This document shows, piece by piece, positions 22,616-35,184 of a stretch of 64,000 nt of DNA. The position numbers were made by a program, and so were the translations under genes. Source of the DNA: Glaucostegus cemiculus (Eukaryota); NCBI GenBank assembly GCA_976551045.1, contig CDPCPM010000078.1, positions 5,580,001 through 5,644,000 on the forward strand, read 5' to 3'. Numbering within the stretch: position 1 is the stretch's first letter; each line of letters starts with the position of its first letter. Below the pieces are notes generated by a model. That model was not told where the DNA came from, ran no database searches, and saw only the letters and a list, made by a program, of their open reading frames with translations.

Positions 22616-22830
22616 AAGCACTATTTCTTATTTATTATCCAATTCCCAAAATAAAGAGTCTTCAACAACCATACCACTTAACCGGAAAATCATTAAGGAG
22701 TAAAGCAGGGCTTAGAATTGAAATTCTTTTTTTAACCAAACCTGCTATTTTATGAATATTCAAACAATAACCACTGTAGTAAATCCACTGCTTAAAGCTG
22801 TGTCTAGGAATTCGTCATTATTACTGAATC

Positions 22831-23087
22831 ATTAGGAGAGTTGGATGTATTTAGGCACTGGCTGTTCATACTGATCGTTAAGCTCTATTGGTCCACTCAC
22901 TCAGTTCTCTTCTTCCTCCCAACCCAAGCCTCCTCCCACACTAACCCCTCTGGGGACAGTCCATAAGAAGATTTTAATCTGTATGCAAAGTGTTGACAGC
23001 TGGCAATTTATTCAACCCAAGGCAAGCAAGCCCAGAAGTCTTGCCCTGACCTGGTATTCACATACCCATGCTTTTCAAGGCACTGAT
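22831..23087 (+). repeat. Left arm of a 257-bp inverted repeat
   Basis: Reverse complement of 24602-24858; 13 substitutions and no indels by hand alignment. Confidence 0.95.
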
Positions 23088-24109
23088 GCCCTTCTCATAG
23101 AGTCAGAAAGCCATAGTCCTCTTCCACTGTTGCTCAGTAGGGTTGCTGCTAACTTAGGAAAAGTCGCAACTCACTTAGCCCAGGCTGCAGACAGATTCAG
23201 CCTTACAAGCAGCTCTATTGCATGATGAGTTCAAACTAGCATTGAGAATACTAACCTAAAGGCTGAAGCAATGGCCCAACAGTCACCCTTGAAGACTCCA
23301 GTATTAACTTACGCTGCTTCAGTCGATAATGATACATTTCATACACTGATCTAGATGGTATTCCTCTCACAAGCACTGTTTATTTTTTTTCTAACTTGCC
23401 GATAGATATCTTCCATTGGTGAATTACAGCCTAATCTGACTCACATGGAAAGCTGAAAAGTAAATTCTCCAGCACGAATTTAATATATGGCCTGGATGAA
23501 TCATAATCTTATCTGAGTCAGAAACTGCAAAATTGAGAAAGAACATCTGTATTGTGGACTTGTATATCTGCCAGGGATAATGGCATCACAGGCCTAATCT
23601 ATAAACCACATCCTAATGAAAAGAACTGTTTCAAGAAGGCATGTTTATTGAACTAAAAAAATCAATAAGATCAAATATAAATTCAGTGGCACCCTTTGCC
23701 TCCAAATACTTGATACATTTGAAAACTCCCTATACGTTTCATCTACTTAATAACATCTACTTTGCACCAAGGTGCCTTCCTTTAATAATTAAAGCCGCAA
23801 TGATGCACGTGTTTTGCTTTGGACTTGAAGGGTTTTTAAAATTATTCATTCAGAGGATATGGGTGTTGTTGGCAAAGTCAACATTTAATGCTCATACCTC
23901 AGTTGCAATATTGAGTGGGTTTGGTGAACAATGTTAATCACTTAGGAGTGTACCTGTGGGTCACATATGGGACAGAACAGTTAAGGAAAGATTTCCCTAA
24001 AGAATGTCGGTAAACCAGATTGTCCTTAACCATCTATGGTTTTATAGTCATCATTGCAGGTACTAATGCAAGATTTTACCTCATGGTGGGATTTAAACTC
24101 AAGTTGACT

Positions 24110-24390
24110 GATGTCAAGAGGACATAGGTTTAAGGTGCTGGGGGGAAGATATAGGGGAGATGTTAGGGGTAAGTTTTTTACTCAGAGAGTGGTGAGTGCG
24201 TGGAAGGGGCTGCCGGAGATGGTGGTGGAGGCGGATGCATTAGGGTCTTTCAAGAGACTGTTGGATAGGTACATGGAGGTAAATAAGATAGAAGGCTATG
24301 GGTAAGCCTAATAGTGTGGGGACATGTTCGGCACAGCTTTGTGGGCCGAAGGGCCTGAATTGTGCTGTAGGTATCTATGTTCTATGTTCT
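24110..24390 (+). mobile_element. CR1 LINE 3' end
   Basis: SRGHRFKVLGGRYRGDVRGKFFTQRVV..W; TCTATGTTCTATGTTCT tail. Confidence 0.9.
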
Positions 24391-24601
24391 AAGTCCAAGC
24401 AGCTACATTATTCAAAGCTTTTCAATTGTACCACCATTTCCTAGCTAACCGGGCAGACCATACAACTGATGGTTAGGCCCACATGCAGGAGTAAACAAAC
24501 TGAGCCACACACATTCCAAATCCCCTCCACACCAGGCAGTGGTAGAGTTCCATCGAGCCCATTTCATTTATCATAATTGTTAAAGCATTTTCTTGGGAAT
24601 A

Positions 24602-24858
24602 ATCAATGCCTTGGAAAGCATTGGTATGTGAATACCAGGTCAGGGCAAGACTTCTGGGCTTGCTTGCCTTGGGCTGAATAAATTGCCAGTTGTCAACACT
24701 TTGCATACAGATTAAAATCTTCTTATAGACTGTCCCCAGAGGGGTTAGTGTGGGAGGAGGCTTAGGTTGGGAGGAAGAAGAGAACTGAGTGAGCGGACCA
24801 ATAGAGCTCAATGATCAGTATGAACAGCCAATGCCCAAATACATCAAACTCTCCTAAT
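24602..24858 (-). repeat. Right arm of the 257-bp inverted repeat
   Basis: See left arm. The ORF track shows the same peptide (MQSVD.WQFIQPKASKPRSLALTWYSH) on opposite strands. Confidence 0.95.
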
Positions 24859-26689
24859 TCCTGACTGAATATTACATTTACATGTATGCAACATGTTCAG
24901 TTCCAAGGTCCAATAGAAAATCTCAGAAGTCATATTAAAATTAAACCTTGGGTTTCTGCTGTGTTAAGATTTGGGGTTAAGTGTCCAGAAGTTGCATGGT
25001 CTGTCATGAATTTTGGGTGGGTGTTATATCTGTTTCCAACAATCAATAGGAATACCCTCTCTCTAAAAAAATGCTAATTTTTCTCAGAAGGAAAATTAAT
25101 GTCCAAAGTAAGGCTGTTAAGTGAAAGATACATTTTTTCAATAAGATGATTTCTTTCATCATCTTTAGATTTTCCTTTAAACTTTTGGTTATTTTTTTTA
25201 CTTGAAAGCTTCAAGCAGCTTCATGACTTTGCAGTTGAATGGTACATTTTTTTTAAAGCTGATCTTTCCTTAGTTCAAAGTCTGAGCACGTGCAGTGTGC
25301 CTCATTTTCCCAGGATGCATCTGAAATATTCTGTCAGCTGAGCCATTGGAAGGCTTCTGATTTGCTTCATGCAGTTTTTGCTCAATTATTTTACAACCTT
25401 ACAGAAGAAGGATTAAAATGAGAATGTTGAAAGCATCAGGTAAGATTTATGTTGAAAGTATTTTGCTTAAAGCTATGTTGTTTGTATTGAATGCAAGAGT
25501 TTGAGAAATATTCAGTCTTGGGTCTAATTGGTTCATTCTTATACATCTGTCATTATCACAGTGAGTCCACCTGAAGATGTACAGCAGTGTATTGGCATGT
25601 TTCTAATGTTATTTAGTGTGGTGTTAGCCATTCTGACCAAATGACTGATTCATATGTAACCAGAGCACTGGCTGTTGTTACGAATACTTCAAGTGTGTGC
25701 TGAACAGGAGTCTAAATTAAGAATGGTAAACAGTAACTGTGACCCTGCTGGTTACTGCAGATGCTGTCACATGATGAAGCTGATTTCCTGCATGTCTGGT
25801 ATTGTACCATATATTGATGGTACAATCCCATGTGTGGACGCTCTAATTCTGAAGCCTGCCTATCTCCTCATCAAGCCTACTTTCACTTTTTAATCTCTTC
25901 AGTCATGATAGTTTACATCTATTAGATGTGGGAAATGAATGAATGGAGTTGTACTTCATGTTGTTTTGCAGGAAGTCATTGTTGTCACTTCCTAAACTGG
26001 ACTGCATTAGACTGTATTAAGCGTGATTAACATGTAAGCTATGTTCAGTCTATCTCTTTTGCACTCTACTCTTCAATTATCATTGAAGTTTTGAAGAGTT
26101 AGCAAGTAGTTTTATTGCCAAAGAATTACAATGATGCTGATGCCACTAAAACAAAAATTCCAATTGACAAGAAAGGCAGAGGGAAAGCATGTTTTGAAGC
26201 CTTTTGGTGGAAGGGGTAAAATTTGCACTGCCTTTCTTCAGGACTTCCCTTTCACACTGATTTTATTTGCATCTGTTGTCATTTTATTTAAATATTAAGT
26301 TAAGTTCTCATCAAAAACAGATGTTAATCCCAACCAGATAATTAGAGATGTTAGGATTCTACTGGAGAGCAAAGAACCTGATGTCTCCAGCTGGAAAGTT
26401 TCTATCATTATCTGTGAGCCCTGATGGACTTCTCCTTGTGGATTATCAATCAAACATATTTCTGGACAACATGATTCAAAAATATAGTGGCTGTGAGATT
26501 TCATGGTAATATACCTTCCACATTCCTATTGGCTGAGCAGCTTAACATAATAATGGTTATGGCAAACAAACAGGGAGTTCCCATGATCAGTGACTAGTGA
26601 GGGACAAGTTAACTGATGTCGGTGGAGAGCTATAGTTGAGATGGAATTAAAACTTCTGACTGCACTTCTCACAAGAGTTTAAGCACTAT

Positions 26690-27270
26690 TCCTGATTCTC
26701 ATTTGCTTTACTGAGTCTGTCACTATCAATGTCTTGGGGTCATCATTGACCAGGAACTCAGTTGGACCAGTCACATAAATACTGTGGCTATAAGAGCAGA
26801 TCAGAAGTAGGATATTCTGTAGTAAGTGATTTAACTTCTGACACCCCAAAACTTTTCCACCCTCTATGAACCACAAGTTAGGAGCCTGATAGAAAACTCT
26901 CCAGTTGCCTGGATAACTGCAGCTCCAACTACACTTGAGCAGCTCAACACCATCCAGAACAAAACAGTCCATTTGATTGCTACCCCATCCACTAGCCTAA
27001 ATAGTCATTCCCTCAACCATGATGTTGACTGATTTCTAATTGTCTCCTGGTCTCATCACAGCCTAGGTCCAAGCATGTACCAAAGAGCTGAATTCTAGAG
27101 TGATGATATGACATAGACTGCCCTTGACATCAAGGCAGCATTTGAGCATGGCATCAAGGTGTCCTGGTAAAATTGAAATCAATGAGCATCAAGGGAAAAG
27201 CATTCCAAGGGTTGGGAATCATACCTGGCACCAAGGAAAATGGTTGTGATTGTTGGAGGTCAATTGTCTC
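26690..27270 (+). mobile_element. Two out-of-order fragments of the second CR1/L2-superfamily LINE
   Basis: 26690-27020 carries the LGV.IDQ.L.W.SHIN and LSTLY..QVRS region; 27040-27270 carries the upstream TALDIKAAF region. Confidence 0.65.
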
Positions 27271-28364
27271 TGTCAATGGACAAGTTGATTACTATGCAAA
27301 TCAGTTTTTTAAAAAGAAATTAAGGGGAAAAGCCACAGATGGAGTCTGCACTGAACAAATAGAGGAGGGGAATAAATTGGTTAGCAAATTCCATGGATTT
27401 AATCTTTCACATTTGTGATTTGTGCATTAATAATAATTTGATACATCAGCATGCCATCATAGTCCCAGCAAGATTTGGGCCAGTACTACATTTGTTGACA
27501 GGCAGGTGGATCCTTGCTTGAACAGATATCTGCATTGCCCAGACCTTTCAAATTTGCCAAGAGATATCCCCAAATTCCTGAGTTTGAGATGAATGGGGCA
27601 AGTAGAAAAAGTGGGACATTAACGAACCTCCCAAACAAGACCTGATAAAAATATGTTGAGGAACCCTTTGGGTAAAGAATATCTTAAGGCCTTGCCATGT
27701 GTTTTGGATGAATCATTTTGTACACGCCCACAGTGACTGATTTGTATTATGCTGCAATACCTTTATCTCGTGGAGAGAATTTATGAGTTTAATTTTGCAG
27801 GGATTATAGCTACAATTCCTCCTGCACTGTGCTGCATGCTACAAACTCTATGATGATTTATGGTGGTTTATTACTCATATAAAATCCAAAAAGGTTAAAA
27901 CTAACGTTGCTCATATGGGTGAATGCTCCAGTTGCCACTTAACCTTTAACCTGTTGGTTGCTTGCTAGCATTTACATCGTCAAGTGTTGATAAGGTATAT
28001 GCTTTTGATTTACTGATCAGGATTAGTTCCAGTTCTTTGATTTATTTGGCTCATCTATTAAACTTGATAAGGTCTATTAAGGTCTTTTATGTGAGCTTCA
28101 AAGTATTTAAAAATGTGCAAGGTTTTGCTCATCAAATCATTTTTTTTTTTGCTGACCAAAAGTTATTTTGAGATTGTAAATTTTGTTTGGTCTTGAAGTA
28201 ATTGGAAGAAAAAATTGCATTCAGTTTTAACAAATGATGCACCTTATTTGTAATTATCAAATCATCTTTGTTTAATAATAAGGAGCAGATGAGATGATGC
28301 CATTCCATGGTAGAGGCAGTACCAGCATCTACAGGGCAATATGCAAAGACAGAAAGCTTGGACA

Positions 28365-28692
28365 GTCCACGACCTTGGTCTTTCCCCAAGCTCTTCACAA
28401 CCAATATAGCCACTGTTGTAAGAAACACAATGGTTAATTTAAGCACAACAACATCCTAAAAATGGTAATGGGATGATGATGTCTTGATAAACTGTTGCAG
28501 TGATGTTGACTGAAGAACTGAAGAGGCGCTACTCCACCCTGCATGATGAAATCTTTCACAGCTGTACCTTCAACACTGCTGCATTCCCTTGCCACTGCAC
28601 TTCCAGTGACAACCTAGATCTTGAGCATCTATCATATGAGAGTTGAACCCCACCCTTCTGCCTCTGAGGATAAAACGTTACATTTGACCCGT
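28365..28692 (-). mobile_element. Deu-domain SINE (SacSINE1/AmnSINE1-like), old
   Basis: Minus strand shows a tRNA-like head (..CAGAAGGGTGGGGTTCAA..), AGTGCAGT..GGGAATGCAGCAGTGT and TCAACATCACT..AACAG.TTATC; same family as 37655-39077. Confidence 0.6.
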
Positions 28693-31214
28693 GTTTATAG
28701 CTTGAAATCTGAAACATTTAAGATTGTATGATCTTGGCATTGTGTGATTGCAACACTTTAGCAAGAGCAATGGGTTAACCCAAACCCATTTACTTGTTGC
28801 AGGGCTAACTGTGCCTGACGTGTGGGGTCCCAGCAGTAACTCTGTTCCACAATGTTGGACAGGGAAAGAAGGGACCTAAGGAGAGGGAGTCGGATTTCCT
28901 TGGAAGGTGGAAAATAAACTTTAAATGGCGTACTTCTGAAGAGCTGGCATAAAACTTGTAAAAGCATGCTTGAACTGATTCTCTACCCAGCGTTAATGTT
29001 TGAGCAAGCGTAACACCCACAATGAGTAATGTTAGTGGAACCGCTGCAGGAAAGCCCATAGCTCCGTGCTGTAATTCATGGGCAGCAGAGTGTTCAGTGT
29101 CTATTACAAGGATGGGTGGTGGATATGGGTAATGAATGTGATCCCTATTGGATTTATGTGGTGGAGGGGGAGGAAGGGAAACCTGTTCTTTGGTGAAAAA
29201 GATTTGTTGATCACCCCTGCCTCACTGCCACTACGTTGCCTGGATTTGGTGAAAATTCCAGGTCACCAGTATCAGTCCCAACGACTGGAAGAGCAGTTGA
29301 TGTGGAAGTTGAGTGATACCACACTATGTCACTAAAGGGATGCTCACTGAGGTTGAGACATGTTTTTGAAATGAAAGAGTGGTTTATTAACTGTCAATTG
29401 GCCTGTATGTTGCTGCTTATGAGTAATCTATTTTCTAACTTGGTGCTGATTCTAGCTGTAACCATTACTGGCCAATCTCAGAAAATGAAACACTTTTTTA
29501 AAAAAAAATCTCTTCTATGAAACATTAGTGCCATCATCTATTTTTCCATTTTCTACTTCTATCTTGCCTGCATTTTAACCTGGGAAATTCACTGAAGGTC
29601 CATAGTTTTTCACAGCCCAACTCTCTTCGTGATAGAATGCTGAGCTCTTGTTCATTTTTGAGTAAAACAAAATCTCAGGCTTAAAGCAACTGGAGTTTAG
29701 CAGGTTCACAATTAACCATGAGGGAGAAAACTTGCTCTTGTAAGTTTGCCTCAGCAACACATTTTCTCATCCATGATTGGAGGGATAACAATGGAATCAA
29801 TAGTGGGTACCCAATGGAGCAGCCAATCACATGGCTTAATCCAATCACCCAGCCCGTTGAAGGAAATACAACCATACATACAAGACAGCGGGTAAATAGT
29901 GGTGCTCCTTATGCACAACTTTATCTTTTTTCATTGACTCATACAGTTTGGAGAAGGAAAATGAAAATAAAGGAGAAATTGGCATATGCACATCTCTTGA
30001 TTTTAGTTCTGTTGTAACGTTAAGGGGTGAGAAGGCTGCCCTCATCACAGGCCTTGGTTCATTGTGAGTGAGGTTGAAGATTTAGTGCAGTGATATCCAG
30101 CAACCAAAGCCAAGGTTGTCTGTCAACTTCAGTGATAACACATCTGGACATGAGGTTCCAGCTTGATTCTTCCCCTTACTCTTAGGAATGCTTTTGCCTG
30201 CATTGCAGACTTCTTCCGCAAAGAAAACTCAGTTAAAATCTTGCCCCACTTTCGAAAATGGTGAGCACCCTTCAACACAAGTCCATGAGTTTTTTTAACA
30301 AAAAGTATCTACCCTTCTGAAAAGGCAAAACAAGTTACAGTGGTGAAAGTCAATGAAAGAAAGGGTTATGGAAAGAAGGCATTTTAATATAGAGGATTGA
30401 GTTCTGAGGAGCTCTTATTTCATGAGTATAAGCTAGAATTATTGCAAACAAGACAGTTTTATTGCTCTTGAAGCACATGACCCAGCTATCAGTTAAAGCC
30501 CCCCGCTTGGAATTAAAGTTCCTAACTGTCAAATGTTTGATGAGATGGTATTGGTGGCCAATATTAATAATAGTAAAATATGAACTATAACAAACCAGCA
30601 CCTAACATATCCTTTGCTTATCCCAGTTTACCAAGGTCAGTCAGCTTTACATAAATTTTGGTGCAAGATGGAGCCATTGGCAACTGTCCTCTCCTTCTTA
30701 TTAAAAGGATCTGTAACAAAACACCATATATCAAGTGGCTGTTCCACAGAATTAGACAAGAAATATAAAACTTGTCGTAAACGTGTTGATGTATTAAAGG
30801 TGTGTTGTGGGATTTGTAAGTCACTGCTTGCAAAGGTAACTAAAGTAAATCACAGAAACACGAGGTGGAAACTTCTGAGAACTTTATTTGAATTAAATAT
30901 TGAATTTAGAAATGATACAAAATGGTTAACACACTGAAGTCTTGCAGCTGTGAGATATTTTCCTCAGCGGTAGGTCAACTTGCTGAATTTCCACAAGGAC
31001 TTTCTGGAGCCCTTTGACAATGAAGCATTGGCTGCCATTGTTAGATTTTTAAACTACCAGCAATTCTGTGCTATACACTGGTACCCACTAGAAAGTTGGT
31101 ATTGCATGGCTCAGAAATAATCTTTCATTTTTCAATAAGTAACTTCATTTTCACTAAGTTCAGACAGGAACTCTTGCTCACTGGCCATAGTTCAACTGAT
31201 TGTTCTATGGGCAG

Positions 31215-31820
31215 TAAGAGAACAGGAAGGCCATTCAGTCCCTTATACCTGCCCCATTCAATATGATTGCCGTTGATCTGCCCAGGCCTCAACTCCTCTT
31301 CTGTACCATTTGCTGTTAGCCCTTAATTCCCTGATCTTTCAAAATACTATCAACGTCCTCTTTAAATACCACCATGATTTTGCCTCCACAGCCCTCTGGA
31401 GTAAATAATTCCAGAGACTTGCCACCCTCTGCAAGAAGGTCCCTTGCACCTCAGCTTTAAATGGCCGCCCCAAATCTTGTAACAGTTTCCCCTCATTTGC
31501 AATTGTCCCACTAGTGGAAACATCTCGACATCTACTCAGTCACAATCCTATATGTTTCCATAAGATCACTCCTCATTCCTCTAAAAGCCAAGGAATATAC
31601 AGTAGATCTAGTTTCGTTAGTTGCTTGTGATGGGACAGTCCTGTCATCCCAGGAATTAGTCCACTGAGCCTATTTGACCAATACAAGTACATCCTTTCTT
31701 AACCGAACCAAAATTGTTCACAATACACCAGGCTGGGCCTCACCAGTACCCTGTAATACTGCAGCAATAATTCCCTATTTCTGAACTCCATCTACCTTGC
31801 TATAAAAGCCATAATGCCAT
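31215..31820 (-). mobile_element. Old CR1 LINE 3' region
   Basis: GGCCATTCAGTCCC tail at the left end; decayed LVRP.LVYC.QFW remnant at ~31700-31750. Confidence 0.7.
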
Positions 31821-32639
31821 TTGCCACTCAGGGTAGCTTTCACTGACTGGTCATATCATGTGACAAAGTTAGAGAGGGAGGCAGATATGTCTAATGTGCC
31901 ATCAGCTAGTTTCAAGGGAGGAGGTTTTTATTTATATTGTGGAAGAAAGAGGTTCCTTTGTGAGGCCCAACAGAATGCAATTAAGGGACTATTTTTGTCT
32001 CGCCAGATTTTGCAGCACCATTGTGGTCATATTTTCTGAATCTAGAATGTGAGCCCTATTCCATTGGCTTATTTTCTGACACATGTTAAATATCCATAAA
32101 CTTTTTCTTGTTCACCCCTTTTTCTCCCTTGTAATCCTTTCTTGCGTAGGATTCAAATCCTCTGTGCATGCTGATGTGCAGTATAGTTTACATTCATTTT
32201 TCTTCATTGAATGCTGACTGCTATAGCTATATAACACAGCACCACCTCCTCACTCTACATAAACGAGCTGGAGGTACTTGGAATATTAGATCAATAGAGT
32301 AATACCTTGGCAGTCAATGAGTAACTCTGTTACAATGATCCCAGAAAGTTATATCAGGAGAATGAAGTGAGTCAGAACAATGGCTACAGAAAGTTTGATA
32401 GAGAAACACATAAGGTGGGAGGTGTACTGTAGAAGTGGCCAAGGAGAGAGAAAGCATTGGACATCACAAGATTGCATGAATTGCAGGCAGGCTCAGCTTG
32501 ATCTCTCTGTGTAGAAAGGTGGCACACATATCTTCAGTCTCTGTTGGCTGTAATGAATGTCTCCCAAAAGGTGATCACCACAGGAGGAATCAGAGGCAGC
32601 ACTGTCGACAAATCATTGCCATCTAACCTACCTTAACGC

Positions 32640-32930
32640 ATTTTACACTAATTCTACATTAATCCTTTTTGTTATTCTCCCCATATTCTCTTCAACTGTC
32701 CCCAGGTTCTCCCACTCACCCACACACTGGAGACAATTTACATTGACCAATAAACCTACCAATCTGCGTGCCTTTGGAATGTGGGAGGAAACCAGAGCAT
32801 TCAGAGGAAACCCACAGAGACATGGGGAGAACATGCTAATTCTATACAGACAACACTGGAGGTCAGAATTGAACTTGTGTCTCTGGCCCTGTGAGGCAGT
32901 GGCTCTACTAATTGCAGCAGTGCGCTGCCC
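32640..32930 (-). mobile_element. HE1/V-SINE-type tRNA-derived SINE
   Basis: Minus strand GGCAGCGCACTGCTGC..TAGTAGAGCC (A-box-like), GTTCAATTC (B-box-like), CATGTCTCTGTGGGTTTCCTC..GGTTTCCTCCCACATTCCAAAG core. Confidence 0.85.
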
Positions 32931-33209
32931 AAGTGACCAAAAAAAAGATTGAGGATGAGTTTAAAGCTCAGAATATGGGCCTGACTGGGTCACTAGACCA
33001 CCAGCTGCATTACTTCCTGGTCTAAGCTGATCTAACTTCCATCACTTGGGCGCATTGCTCCTGCTATGCCCATCTCCTCAGCTACCTCCCATTATACCTC
33101 AGTGGGGGTGGCAAGTTTCTCCCCCTTCTCAGGTTCTCGGGTATCCCTCCCCTTCCCCCACCCCCGGCGTAATTCCCAGCAGGGCTTCATTAAAACTGGG
33201 CAATACTTG

Positions 33210-34690
33210 GCCGCTATACCAAGACAATGAGAGGTAAAGACAGAGTCCAAGGAGGGGAGGCTGGTGCCCGTGATGCACTGGGCTGTGTCCACAACACTCT
33301 GCAGCTTCTTGCAGTCCTGGACAGAGCAGTTGCCATACCAAGCAGTGATACAACCAGATAGGATGCTTTCTATGGTGCATCGGTAAAAGCTGGTGAGAGT
33401 CGAAGGGGACAAACCAAATTTCTTCAGCCTCCTGAGGAAGTAGAGGCGCTGGTGAGCTTTCTTGGCTGTGGTATCTACGTGGTTAGACCAGGACAGGCTG
33501 TCGGTGATGTTCACACCCAGGAACTTGAAGCTCTCCACCCCCTCGACCTCCGCACCATTGATGCATATACACCGCCCCCTTTCCTGAAGTCAATGACCAA
33601 CTCTTTTGTTTTGTTGACATTGAGGGAAAGTTGTTGTCATGACACCATTCCACTAAGTTCTCAATCTCCTTCCTGTACTCAGACTCGTCGCTGTTGGAGA
33701 TACGGCCCACAACGGTGGTATCATCTGCAAACTTGTAGATAGAGTTGGAGCAGAATCTGGCCACACAGCCATGAGTGTATAGGGAGTAGAGTAGAGGACT
33801 GAGGACACAGCCTTGTGGGGCACCAGTGTTGAGAATAATTGTGCCGGAGGTATTGCTGCCTATCCTCACTGATTGCGGTCTGTTTGTTAGAAACCAGTTG
33901 CAGAGGGAGGAGCTGAGTCCTAGGTCTCGGAGTTTGGTGACAAGCTTGCTTGGAATTATCTTATTGAAGGCAGAGCTGTAGTCAATAAACAATAGTCTAA
34001 CATATGTGTCTTTCTTGTCCAGGTGCTCCAGAGCTGAGTGTAGGGCCAGGGAAATGGCATCTGCTGTAGACCTGTTTCGCCGGTAGGGAAACTGCAATGG
34101 GTCCAGGTTGTCTGGTAGGCTGGAGTTGATGCGTGCCATGACCAACCTCTCAAAACACTTCATGATGGTGGATGTCAGAGCCACTGGCCTGTAGTCGTTG
34201 AGGCATGTTACCTTACTTTGGTACGGGGATGATAGTGGCCTTCTTAAAACAGAAGGGAACCTGAGTTTGAAGCAGGGAGAGATTGAATATGTCCGTAAAT
34301 ACTTCTGCCAGCTGGTCAGCACAAGATCTGAGCACACAACCCCAGACACCATCTGGTCCAGGTGCTTTCACTCCCCGGCAGACTGATCTTACGTCCTCCA
34401 CAGTGATCACAGGTTCAGCTGCGTTGGTGGCTGACAGGGTGGATGGTGACAATCCGCTTTTCTTCTGTTCAATATGCGCCTAGAATGTGTTAAGTTCATC
34501 AGGAAGGGATGCACTGTTGTTAGCTATGCAGCCCAACTTCGTCTTGTAGCCTGTTATGGCATGTGAGCCCTGCCGTAACTGGTGGCTGGTCAGGGACTCT
34601 ACTTTGAGTTGGTATTGCCTCTTGGTATCCCTGATAGCTTTCCGAAGGTCACACCTTGACTTCTTGTACAATGAAGTCCCATTCTCCATC
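33210..34690 (-). mobile_element. Rex1/Babar-clade LINE, RT region, frameshifted, truncated at both ends
   Basis: [94 protein letters not shown], spread over four overlapping ORFs. Confidence 0.93.
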
Positions 34691-35184
34691 TGTGGGCTGA
34701 TCCTGATGAGTATTGGATAAATGGAGATTGTGACCTGAAGGAGATAAATCCATGACAGAGGTTACCATAGAGTTAGAGATCAACATGGAAATTTGAGGAT
34801 CTGAGCTTACTTTTTTTTTGACATTAGAAAATAAAATGCTGGTCCTCAGTAAAAGTGACCCTGGAGCTGTTGGATTCTCATTAACACCCAAGTGATCCAC
34901 GATCATTCCCTAAGGATGGAAATCTTAATTGGTATCCAGCAATCCATTCACTGTTTCAGCATGAACTATGATAGTCATTCCTACTTTTCTGGTAAGGGGC
35001 TGCCATTTATGGAGAAAATGCCTCCAATGAGCTGAGGAAAATTAGAACTAACTGATTTCACCACCGTAACCAACTAGTGGTCATCATTTTCAGCACCTGC
35101 TTCTGGACTGACTGATAAGTAACATAACCTGTATGCAAGTTATGTCGGGATCGCTTCATCCATTGCAATTTCCTCCTTTCAATT

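Noticed and set aside
22983-24811. Paralogous small proteins on opposite strands (MQSVD.WQFIQPKASKP...)
   Set aside because: A by-product of the inverted repeat; the similarity stops exactly at the arm boundary.
22831-24858. Tc1/mariner IR-DR element as the explanation for the long inverted repeat
   Set aside because: The size fits, but there are no TA-flanked CAG termini, no internal direct repeats and no transposase remnant.
29770-29850. Cluster of CCAAT/ATTGG boxes as a promoter
   Set aside because: Short motifs with no CpG island or identifiable downstream gene.
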